A stretch of 52,597 nucleotides of DNA. It comes from Oligoflexales bacterium (lineage in GTDB: Bacteria > Bdellovibrionota_B > Oligoflexia > Oligoflexales > Bog-1112). The stretch covers positions 1 through 52,597 of the forward strand of contig JBGCDR010000161.1 of NCBI GenBank assembly GCA_045105515.1. The letters run 5' to 3'. A model generated the notes under the pieces. That model was not told where the DNA came from and ran no database searches. It worked only from the letters and a program-made list of their open reading frames with translations. Each line of letters opens with the position of its first letter. Within the stretch, counting starts at the first letter, position 1. Positions 40,146 to 48,634 of this stretch are shown one piece after another. The translations under genes were made by a program, and so were the position numbers.

Positions 40146-40329
40146 AAATTGAAATGAGAAATCGTATAATACTTTGTTAGAATTGAAGCTTTACGTTATT
40201 CACTTTTTGAGCCAGAGTCACCATCGTTCTTCATCATTCATCATTCATCATTTTTGTGCAGCAATCTGCAAAGTTCCCCCTCCCCATCCCCTCCCCGAAT
40301 TATCGTGCCAGTTGGCCAAATTTCAGGAT
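40129..40329 (+). repeat. Imperfect direct repeat, copy 1
   Basis: Shares CGTCCAAATTGAAATGAG, AATCGTATAAT, GAATTGAAGCTTT, TATTCACTTTTTGAGC, GCAGCAATCTGCAAAGTT, CCGAATTATCGT and CAGGAT in order with 41240-41412. Confidence 0.9.
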
Positions 40330-41166
40330 CTAAGATGTACTTTTTATCTTTGCCATGTGCTTAAGGTATTCTATTAGATTATTCAGTTCTGTATTGGATA
40401 GGAACTCATCTGAGAAACCAGACATTTTAGACTTTGGCCAATTTCTAATGCTTTGGGGATCTCTTATTAATTTGCGGAGGTTCTGCTCACTGAAATATTC
40501 TGTAGGATTTAAAGGGAAGTTTAAGTCGGGTCCAATTTGAGAAGGTCCAGTTTTGTTTAGGGTATGACAAGCAAAGCAATTCTTCGTAAACACTCTAAAC
40601 CCCTCCTGAACTGGAGAGTCTTCGGGCACAGTATTTTTCGGAAAAATTTGAGGATAGAGTCCGATTAGGGAACTTTTAATTTCAAAAGAAGCTAGCATAA
40701 AGGGCCATTCCTCTGGCCCAATATTAGAGAGCTTGGGGTTCTCCCAAATTAGGTAAAATGGTCCCGCAGACGGCTTCCCAAGGCTTAATGGAGGCCATTT
40801 ATCTGATGTTGGTTCAATGGCAATGTAGGCAATAGATTGATCCGGCGATTCGTTTAAGATTCTATCTTTTGATATTGGTGCGGCAAATCCATCAATTGCT
40901 CTAAATTGAACAACAGCATTATGAGAGATTTTAATGCCTTCAAATAGACTAGATACTTTAACGGCCTTAAGGTTTATTTTTTGGTCTGGGTAAGCGGGGG
41001 CATCGCTTATTGTAAAATCTTTTAAATCCGTTCTCTTAAGTAACTCGCTTTTAGTAAATAATCTGATATCAGTTTTTGTTTTAATAGAAATTATGGGCTC
41101 GGAAGCCAAGGATGACTTAGAAATAAGTGCCGACACTATAAGAAGAATAGAGATAATTTTTAGCAT
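40330..41166 (-). CDS. Exported c-type cytochrome with an N-terminal molybdopterin-oxidoreductase-like domain
   Basis: Signal peptide from MLKIISILL (ATG 41166, GAAAGGG upstream), AIDGF...AGPFYLIW...WPF, heme motif CFACH, distal Met in SKM. Confidence 0.85.
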   Translation of the reverse strand: MLKIISILLIVSALISKSSLASEPIISIKTKTDIRLFTKSELLKRTDLKDFTISDAPAYPDQKINLKAVKVSSLFEGIKISHNAVVQFRAIDGFAAPISKDRILNESPDQSIAYIAIEPTSDKWPPLSLGKPSAGPFYLIWENPKLSNIGPEEWPFMLASFEIKSSLIGLYPQIFPKNTVPEDSPVQEGFRVFTKNCFACHTLNKTGPSQIGPDLNFPLNPTEYFSEQNLRKLIRDPQSIRNWPKSKMSGFSDEFLSNTELNNLIEYLKHMAKIKSTS

Positions 41167-41239
41167 TGGGGACCCTTTCATAACGATAATAAGTCCGAAG
41201 GTTTTGAACGATAGGTTCAAAACTGATTTAACTACTGCA

Positions 41240-41412
41240 GAATCGACCCACCGTCCAAATTGAAATGAGGAATCGTATAATAAATTGTGAGAATTGAAGC
41301 TTTGGCTATTCACTTTTTGAGCTAGAGTTACCAACGTTCTTCATCATTTTTATGCAGCAATCTGCAAAGTTACAACTATCCGAATTATCGTTCTAATTCC
41401 AAATTCCAGGAT
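41240..41412 (+). repeat. Imperfect direct repeat, copy 2
   Basis: See copy 1. Begins AATCGACCCACCGTCC, an eroded version of the ssrA-derived AATCGAACCCGCGTCC. Confidence 0.9.
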
Positions 41413-41801
41413 AAAAAAACTGAAGGGCCCATATGCTGGGAAAATTGCATTTACACTTACCACTGCACTTGTAACAATACAAGTGAAGCTACAGCATTAC
41501 ATCATTGTCATAGGCAATTTCACAATTATTCGGAGCATTGTTTGGAGATATACTCTGTTGTATTTACGAGCATAATCCCAACAAACAATGCTACTCTTAG
41601 AATCGCTCGTTTTTAGTACTGAATCATATTCCGATGTATAAAATTTTTCCTATTTTTCTTTGAGAATAAGTCTGTAAAATTATATTATGCCGTTGTTTCA
41701 TGTGAAGCTGCCCCAAGGCAAGAAAAAAAGATTGGAACAATATAACCTTAGTTTAGGCGATAGAAAATTTCACATTAGATCCTCAAGAGATTCATAAGTA
41801 A

Positions 41802-42302
41802 TCAGTTAAAAATAACACTTCCTGCACCTAGTGTAACAGAAAAATCCCCACCATTAGATTTACTTTCGGCAAATGATGACATCATTAGCTTACTTATTCT
41901 TATCTTACCCGTGATCGACGTAATATTTCCGTTTCCGACAGTCGTGTCTACTTTATATTCTTTAGCAACCCATTCACTATGGTCCACTTCAATATTGCCT
42001 GCACCAACTGCTAGGTTTACACTCGAAAAAGTTGGTAATGAAAAGCTCAAATTAGTCCATTGCTTGCAACCTTCAGCAGCTTTTACTGAAATCTTGTTAG
42101 AACTATGGACAACTTTGGGCGGAAATGCACACATATTATTCTGAATTGATAATTTAGGTTCCGAAATTGAATCACTAAATTCAATTCTTATTTTTCCACT
42201 ATCAACTTCTATGTCAAAAGAATTGTCCGCAGCTCCATGGGAAATAGGGTTCATAGCCACTCCTGTAAATAACAATCCGCTTAATAGTTTTCCAAATAAC
42301 AT
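41802..42302 (-). CDS. Exported beta-solenoid (DUF4097/adhesin-like) protein
   Basis: Signal peptide; repeated VGAGNI / VGNGNI / LGAGSV turns; AGGAG RBS. Confidence 0.6.
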   Translation of the reverse strand: MLFGKLLSGLLFTGVAMNPISHGAADNSFDIEVDSGKIRIEFSDSISEPKLSIQNNMCAFPPKVVHSSNKISVKAAEGCKQWTNLSFSLPTFSSVNLAVGAGNIEVDHSEWVAKEYKVDTTVGNGNITSITGKIRISKLMMSSFAESKSNGGDFSVTLGAGSVIFN

Positions 42303-42323
42303 TCCATTTACTCCTATATTAAT

Positions 42324-45300
42324 TTAAGTTTCGCTAAAGTCCCTCATGGCCTTAGCTACACTATCAATAGTTAGAATTTCTCCAAGGTCTCGGAACTCGT
42401 GACGATGGTTTATGAGTAGATAGGCTGGTACCCCGGCTTTGTTGTGTTCTCTTAAAAAATCACTGATATCTGAATTTTTTTCAGTATAGTCAGCCTTATA
42501 AAGCTCAATATTTAGTTCGTTCACAAGTTTATTGAACTTCGAGGAACTAAAAACTAACTGTTCATTCCATTTGCAAGTCAGACACCAATTTGCTGTCACA
42601 TTAACTAAAATCATATTGTTTTTGGCAATATTTATCTGACTAACATCAGGAGACCACTTTTTCCATTTTGGTCCGTCGTTATCTTGCTGCTTCTTTAAAT
42701 TAGCAGCTGTGATTATTGTAAACAAGAATGCTGAAATCGATAATATCCATGCTTTCCTTAAAATTTTTTTTCCATGAATTGCTGAATAAATTAGAATTAT
42801 ACTCAGCAAAATTAAAAAAATATTCTCTCTTGCAACCTCAATTAAAAACAAAGAGCTAAGAATCCATGCACACGATATTAGCATTATGATTGCACAAACG
42901 TATTTGAGCTTTTCCATCCATAATCCCGGCTTGGGAAGTTTTTCTACTAGCCCTGGAAAGATCATAAAGATCCAGAACGGAAAACCAAGTCCCAATCCAA
43001 TACCAATAAAAATAAAAAGCATTTTTAAGAAGGAGTCAGAACCAATTCCATACATTACTGCGGTTCCTAGAAAAGGGGCTGTACAAGGAGTAGACAGAAT
43101 TGTTGCAATAACCCCATTGAAAAACTCATTGAGATATTTGCTCGAAAAAGATGTGTTAAAAATTTTAGAAGTGAAGTTTATTGGAACGTAAATGAGCCCA
43201 AACATAGACAGAGTCAAAATAAACATAACCAACAATATAAAGTAAAGAAATTGAGGAGATTGAAAATGTAATCCCCAACCTACTGCTTGTCCTAAACTTT
43301 TCATTATGAATGTTGTTGCAGCTAATACTATAAAGCTAAACATGATTCCTAGGCAATAAAACAGGGAGAACCGGCGTATATTAGAACTAGATATCGACTT
43401 CCAATCAGCTAGGTTTTGCACCTTCAATGCAACTACTGGTAAGACGCAAGGCATTCCATTAAGTATGAGGCCACCGATAAATGCCAAGATTATCATAAAT
43501 ATTATGCTATCGTTATACCAATCCATACTCCAATCACAATGGTCATTTCCAACTAAGTTTAAAGACTCTTCATCAACGTTTTCATTGGTTGAAAAATTAT
43601 GCTTTTCGTCTTCCAAACTAAGTCCCAAGTAGCCATCATTAAATGTGGATTTCCCGTTAATTGAAATGGTTTGTTGCTTACATATTTGATTACACAAAGT
43701 TACTTTCACTAAAAAATTAATCGGTATATCTGGCTTTTCATCAATCGCAAAATCATATAAAATTCGGTATTTGGCTGGGTAAATTTCCAATTTTTTTTGG
43801 TTTTGAATTATTTTTTTAGTCCTAGGCTCCCTTAAAACATTGAGTTGCAACACCTTACCTTCTACAGTTGGTATTAGCTCAACTCCTGGCTTACCATTTG
43901 GTAATTTAACAAGGGTCTTCCAATTTGGATCTGTTATTACTTGTAAAGTTAATTCCCTAGTTCCATCTTTGTTAAGTACTCCAACTTTAGCAGAAAAATC
44001 TAATCTTTCACTTCTAGATTGAATTGGAATTTTCTGATTTAAACTAAATAATAGATTCTTATGAAAATTATTTTTCGGGGATAGCTTACTAGAAATTATT
44101 TCAGATACTTCATTGCTATTAGGTAGGGAGTATATTATTTTCAAAGTATTATTGAGAGATTTTAAAAACACTGGTTCATCGTAGTCAGGGATTCCTCTAA
44201 AAATTTCTATCAAGAATTCTGACAGTTTTGCTGTATTATAAGGACTTCTAGTAATTGAATTCAGTACCTTTCTTGTCCTCATCAATCTACTCATCCATCC
44301 TCTTTCAGATTTAGCGGACTCCATGTAAAATTTTATAGATCGTTCATCTCCTTGTACTTCATACGCATAACCTTGTAAATCTTTGAAAATTGAGCCTACT
44401 ACCTCATCTTCAACCAGACTATCTATTGAGAGTTGTGCTATATCGAACAACCCAATCTCTATTGCTAGCTCACCAACGGTCTTTATCTCAAGGGTTCTGG
44501 CTCTATTTTTTTCCAGAGAATTAAAAACCGAGGTAAGCAGCTCTTTTACGGCAAGAAGTTCATCAGATGTCAGATTTAAACCCTTTTGAATAATTCCCTT
44601 CCATAAAATAATTTTATGGAAATCTTCCATCAAGTCACTAGTCGCATGATATCTAATTTTTTTAAAATATTTTTCATTCTGTTCTGTTATTTTGAGAATT
44701 GATAGAAAATCAGGTAGATTGAAAGGAAGGTCCCAAATTAGATTTGACAATCTACTAGGAGAATCGATTATTTTATCCAAATGAGTGACCAATTCCTTGC
44801 GTGATGTTTCTGTTATTGGAGCATCTAATATTGAGAGAAGGTAAATGTATTGATAATAGATTCGATCCTCTGCGCTTTTAGGCCATAAATCTTTACTACT
44901 ATAAAGTTTACTAAAAAAATATTTTTTCTGATCAATCGACGTAAACGGCTTTGCCTCTTTTGAATAACACCATCCATAAGAAAGAATTCTGCCAACTTCA
45001 GATATCGAATTAGCTTCACCATTGCTAATTACGGAATCTATAATTTCATCTGCAGTCCGCAAAGAACCTATACTGGATATACGATCAAGGAGTTGCATAT
45101 ATTCATCAACTTCAATCCCTGCATTTATTTTTTCAATTATCTGACCATTTTTATCTATGAACATAATAGTAGGATAAGAAGTAATTGAATACCTTTTTAG
45201 CCACTCTGATGAAAATTCCGCATCTGCATCTAAATATATGGGAACAAAATTTGACATTTTATCTAGAACTGCAGGATGATTTAAAACCTTATCTTTAAAA

Positions 45301-45482
45301 ATCATACAAGGTTGACACCACGATGCAGACCAAAATAGTAATATTGGTTTATTAGTAGTTTTGGATTCCGAAAAAGCCTGAGATGGAGATTTTTCCTTCC
45401 AATAAAAAGATGGATCTCCATAACTAGCATGGCTATATAGAAAAAACTGAGTTAGTAGCAATACAAAAAAAAATTTAGGCAT
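42324..45482 (-). CDS. Thioredoxin-helical-DsbD fusion protein (1052 aa)
   Basis: Signal peptide, WCQPC thioredoxin, long helical region, LCNQIC, TM domain with MPCVLP and TPCTAP, C-terminal WCLTC thioredoxin. Confidence 0.88.
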   Translation of the reverse strand: MPKFFFVLLLTQFFLYSHASYGDPSFYWKEKSPSQAFSESKTTNKPILLFWSASWCQPCMIFKDKVLNHPAVLDKMSNFVPIYLDADAEFSSEWLKRYSITSYPTIMFIDKNGQIIEKINAGIEVDEYMQLLDRISSIGSLRTADEIIDSVISNGEANSISEVGRILSYGWCYSKEAKPFTSIDQKKYFFSKLYSSKDLWPKSAEDRIYYQYIYLLSILDAPITETSRKELVTHLDKIIDSPSRLSNLIWDLPFNLPDFLSILKITEQNEKYFKKIRYHATSDLMEDFHKIILWKGIIQKGLNLTSDELLAVKELLTSVFNSLEKNRARTLEIKTVGELAIEIGLFDIAQLSIDSLVEDEVVGSIFKDLQGYAYEVQGDERSIKFYMESAKSERGWMSRLMRTRKVLNSITRSPYNTAKLSEFLIEIFRGIPDYDEPVFLKSLNNTLKIIYSLPNSNEVSEIISSKLSPKNNFHKNLLFSLNQKIPIQSRSERLDFSAKVGVLNKDGTRELTLQVITDPNWKTLVKLPNGKPGVELIPTVEGKVLQLNVLREPRTKKIIQNQKKLEIYPAKYRILYDFAIDEKPDIPINFLVKVTLCNQICKQQTISINGKSTFNDGYLGLSLEDEKHNFSTNENVDEESLNLVGNDHCDWSMDWYNDSIIFMIILAFIGGLILNGMPCVLPVVALKVQNLADWKSISSSNIRRFSLFYCLGIMFSFIVLAATTFIMKSLGQAVGWGLHFQSPQFLYFILLVMFILTLSMFGLIYVPINFTSKIFNTSFSSKYLNEFFNGVIATILSTPCTAPFLGTAVMYGIGSDSFLKMLFIFIGIGLGLGFPFWIFMIFPGLVEKLPKPGLWMEKLKYVCAIIMLISCAWILSSLFLIEVARENIFLILLSIILIYSAIHGKKILRKAWILSISAFLFTIITAANLKKQQDNDGPKWKKWSPDVSQINIAKNNMILVNVTANWCLTCKWNEQLVFSSSKFNKLVNELNIELYKADYTEKNSDISDFLREHNKAGVPAYLLINHRHEFRDLGEILTIDSVAKAMRDFSET

Positions 45483-45510
45483 TGTTGTCTGACCTTATTG
45501 AAAGTGGATG

Positions 45511-46539
45511 TCACTTATTAAGATGATTTTCTATCTTATGTAATAATCTATAAGCTTCAGCTGGAGCTTTACATTGTTTTGAAATAGAGAAATAATTGCT
45601 ATTCTGCTCAATTTTTTTTAGAATTTTTTCATACTTTGGATTTAATGATGAAGCCCTAGAAATTTGTAAAAGAGAAGACCAAAGTCTCAATTCTTCTCCA
45701 GCTTCAATTAAGTCTCCTGAAACTAAGTTCAATACCTTTAAATATTCAGCAGTCAGACCATTACTTTTCAGGTGTTTAGAAAAATACAGGAAAAATTCAA
45801 CCCATCCAGAATTAAGACTATTTTTAACTTCAACATACGATTCTATAATCTTGTTCGCAGTATTTCTAAATTCCGCATGATACCCTGTTTCCGCGAAAAT
45901 AATCGAAAAATATAGTATATATATCCACTTAAATTGGGAACTTTTTTCAAGTGCCTCGTAACATAAATCCAATGCATTATCAAAATTTTCTGCAAGCAGT
46001 TGGCTTATCAACCTTACCTCAGAAACCATGAGTTTATCTATGACATACTCTTTAGTTATCTCATTTAAATAATCGTAGTCTCTTAATTGGATAGCGATTT
46101 TGCATGACTCTGTAAAATACACTTTACTACAGAGTAACTGATCGTCGAGAGATAAATTTTTTCTAGAGATCCGATGTTTTTCTATATTTATCTCATTGAG
46201 AATCAATTGACCAAGCTTTTCATTTGCTGCTACAAAATTCCTCTCTAATCGGTGAATTCTAGCTAGATTAATCCATGGCTGGATGATCCCAACATGAAAT
46301 AATGATCTCTTGCGTGCAAAAAAGTCGATCGACATCTTGCAAGTACTTTGACTAACTTTCTTGTCTCCAGAAAGGAAAAAGATAAAGGACAGCTGATTAA
46401 TTATTTTAGATAGATTTGAGTCTGATAATTGGAAACAATCTGCATCTGTAAAGATGTTATTCAGATCATCTGTCCACAATTTTAAATTGCTGAATATATT
46501 AATATCTTTGGGTTCTGAAAAGATGCAGAAAGTTTCCAT
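45511..46539 (-). CDS. Hypothetical TPR-like helical protein in the RiPP-like operon
   Basis: AGGA RBS before ATG at 46539; QPWINLAR motif; helical pattern. Confidence 0.65.
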   Translation of the reverse strand: METFCIFSEPKDINIFSNLKLWTDDLNNIFTDADCFQLSDSNLSKIINQLSFIFFLSGDKKVSQSTCKMSIDFFARKRSLFHVGIIQPWINLARIHRLERNFVAANEKLGQLILNEINIEKHRISRKNLSLDDQLLCSKVYFTESCKIAIQLRDYDYLNEITKEYVIDKLMVSEVRLISQLLAENFDNALDLCYEALEKSSQFKWIYILYFSIIFAETGYHAEFRNTANKIIESYVEVKNSLNSGWVEFFLYFSKHLKSNGLTAEYLKVLNLVSGDLIEAGEELRLWSSLLQISRASSLNPKYEKILKKIEQNSNYFSISKQCKAPAEAYRLLHKIENHLNK

Positions 46540-46562
46540 TTTGGTCCTAACTTTACTTGCTA

Positions 46563-46751
46563 TTAGCAAGTACCATTACATGTCGTGCCGCTACCACAAC
46601 ATCCATTTGAATGCACACTAGAATCACTAGATTCAATACTGGCAATCCTACATTCTGTTTCTGGAATATTTTTCACATTTGCAAAAGAATTTCCAGCAGC
46701 TAATAATAATTGGATGGCAGCAATTGCTTTAATTACTTTTTTTTCTTTCAT
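46563..46751 (-). CDS. Putative RiPP precursor 2 (signal peptide + Cys-rich core)
   Basis: AAGGA RBS; ends HSNGCCGSGTTCNGTC; paralogous to the neighbouring ORF. Confidence 0.85.
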   Translation of the reverse strand: MKEKKVIKAIAAIQLLLAAGNSFANVKNIPETECRIASIESSDSSVHSNGCCGSGTTCNGTC

Positions 46752-46776
46752 GAAAATATCCTTACTTTAATAGAAA

Positions 46777-46974
46777 TTAACAAGAACCGTTACATGTTGC
46801 TCCGCCACAACATCCATTGTGATTTGGGGAATGATCACCGTCTTGTACATTTTCAATTCGATTACTTCTTTGTTTCTCCTCACAACCTTTTTTCGTCTCT
46901 GCTTGGCTAATACCTGAAGTTATAATCAAGTTTGTCAATGCAATAGCGTGGATAATCTTTGATTTTTTCATCAT
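46777..46974 (-). CDS. Putative RiPP precursor 1 (signal peptide + Cys-rich core)
   Basis: AGGAG RBS; ends NHNGCCGGATCNGSC. Confidence 0.85.
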   Translation of the reverse strand: MMKKSKIIHAIALTNLIITSGISQAETKKGCEEKQRSNRIENVQDGDHSPNHNGCCGGATCNGSC

Positions 46975-47233
46975 ATACTCCTAATAAGTTGTTATTTATA
47001 AAGACCTGTGATATACAAGTCTTTGAATAATTTTTAATTAACGACAAAACTAAATAATGCTTTCCATGAGTACTGTACACCTTTATATTGTATGTTCGCA
47101 AATACCGTGTAACTGAATATCCATACTATTGCGACCGAAAGATAGCCTTGGAAATAGTTTCAGCTATAAATGATTGTCTCAATAATATTTCAACAAATTA
47201 AAGATGTCGATTTATCAGACAATATGTCCATAT

Positions 47234-48634
47234 TCAATCTTGTTTCCCCTTATTTATTTTTAATAGATAGGAAAGTAGCATCCTCTCACGTATGTTGTAT
47301 TTAAAAGATGGACATGGTATTTCTTTACCTTCAATCCATGCTTTTGGACAATGTCCTCCGCAAACTGGAAGAACCTGACAAGTAGAACAAGGAGTACTTT
47401 TATTTTGAATTTTGGTATTGTAACTTCCAAAAATATTTCTCTCGGGGTTACCCGTGATATTTTGTTCGCCCAGTTTACCAAATTCATGAATATTTTTGCC
47501 ATTTTTATGGTAACTTGGCACTAAACTCACTTCTGTGCATCCATAGACACCACCAAAAGGATCTATAAGAAAATTATTTTTATTTACGGCTAAGCATACC
47601 TGCTTTTTTCTACCAGGTAATAAAGACAATTTAAAACCAAGATTGATCATCAAACAAAACCATTCAATCTCCCATTCTGCAAAAGCTTGTTTTTCAGCAG
47701 ACTGTTTATGAGCATCATTTCCCCAAGAATGAATCGGCGCAAAGTAGACTGAAACTTTTTCATGAAGCCCATCATCTTTCATTTTTTGAAGAAGCTTTGG
47801 TATACTATCTTTGTTTGAGCCATCTACGTTGCATCTGATTGTTATAGACACATCGTTTGGCTTAACTTCCGCTATTTCAATTAAATTTTTATAGATCCTC
47901 TTAAATGAATTCTGCCCGCTCTTGAGTGGACGCCTTACATTATGTTGTTCTTCAAGACCATCTAGCGTTATTTCAAAGGACTTAATATTATGTTCATTTA
48001 CTAATTTCTGAAATCTCTGTCTTGAAAGCAAAATCCCATTAGTCACAATATTTGAGAAATATCGAAGCTCACTATCTCTTGCTAATCCTTGTAACTGAGT
48101 AGAGATGTCTTCAAGTGTCTTGAATGAAGCAAGCGGTTCAGCTCCAAACCATCCAATATTCATTGCTTTAAATTTCCCAGATTTTATAGATTTTTTGGCA
48201 AACTCAATTAATTTTTTCTGATTAGTCTCCGACATATGTTTTGAACTGTGGTCTTGTCCACAATATCCGCATCCTAACGGACAAGCTGCTGTTGGTTGAA
48301 CTACAAGCTTAAATATTTTGCTTTGCTCTACAAAATCCTCATTTTCTTCGGTTACTTCTTGCAAGCTATTGGAATGTTCTTCCACAATTATTTTAGATTT
48401 GATCAGTAAATCTAACTCATTCTGAGTTAGATTAGATAAATTCCCTTTAGAAATCTGAGTCCATAAGTCGGGATCTATGGACTGTAACTTCCCTGTTACA
48501 GGGCTAAAAAGAAGGACTTTATCAATTTCATGATCACCCAAATGCACGTCTATCGTATAATAACTTACTTTTAAATTCTTTTGTTTGATCGCAGTATTGA
48601 TAGACTGCTCGCTGATATCACATGTAATTGTCAT
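47234..48634 (-). CDS. Radical SAM/SPASM peptide maturase
   Basis: N-terminal RRE-like segment, CPLGCGYC, WFGAEPL, TNG, ITLDG, SPASM CLA...C...CSTCQVLPVCGGHCP...CP. Confidence 0.93.
   Translation of the reverse strand: MTITCDISEQSINTAIKQKNLKVSYYTIDVHLGDHEIDKVLLFSPVTGKLQSIDPDLWTQISKGNLSNLTQNELDLLIKSKIIVEEHSNSLQEVTEENEDFVEQSKIFKLVVQPTAACPLGCGYCGQDHSSKHMSETNQKKLIEFAKKSIKSGKFKAMNIGWFGAEPLASFKTLEDISTQLQGLARDSELRYFSNIVTNGILLSRQRFQKLVNEHNIKSFEITLDGLEEQHNVRRPLKSGQNSFKRIYKNLIEIAEVKPNDVSITIRCNVDGSNKDSIPKLLQKMKDDGLHEKVSVYFAPIHSWGNDAHKQSAEKQAFAEWEIEWFCLMINLGFKLSLLPGRKKQVCLAVNKNNFLIDPFGGVYGCTEVSLVPSYHKNGKNIHEFGKLGEQNITGNPERNIFGSYNTKIQNKSTPCSTCQVLPVCGGHCPKAWIEGKEIPCPSFKYNIRERMLLSYLLKINKGKQD

Noticed and set aside
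40114..40480. Complete tmRNA or tRNA gene on the minus strand
   Set aside because: Only the T-arm and 3' acceptor strand are present. No matching 5' acceptor strand or tag reading frame was seen, and the upstream DNA is a duplicated repeat and a CDS.
41167..41334. N-terminal extension of the cytochrome c ORF as given in the ORF track
   Set aside because: It runs through non-coding repeat copy 2; the signal peptide and RBS point to the ATG at 41166.
40129..41412. CRISPR array or integron attC cassette array
   Set aside because: Only two long imperfect copies; no short regularly spaced repeats, no cas genes, no attC-like palindrome with RYYYAAC/GTTRRRY ends, and the integrases do not look like IntI.
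41430..41760. Possible decayed gene and an 8-bp inverted repeat (CACTTGTA/TACAAGTG, 41466-41485)
   Set aside because: Short broken frames with no recognisable family; the hairpin has no clear U-tract or function.
46907..47101. 64-aa ORF as a third precursor
   Set aside because: It overlaps precursor 1 in another frame and lacks the signal peptide and the Cys-rich core.
627..47502. Numerous 60-150 aa ORFs antisense or out of frame within identified genes
   Set aside because: Shadow ORFs fully overlapping well-supported CDSs, with no independent evidence.
28591..48634. A single grasp-with-SPASM system joining the ATP-grasp and rSAM genes
   Set aside because: The clusters are on opposite strands, separated by an att site and backbone genes, and each has its own distinct precursor.
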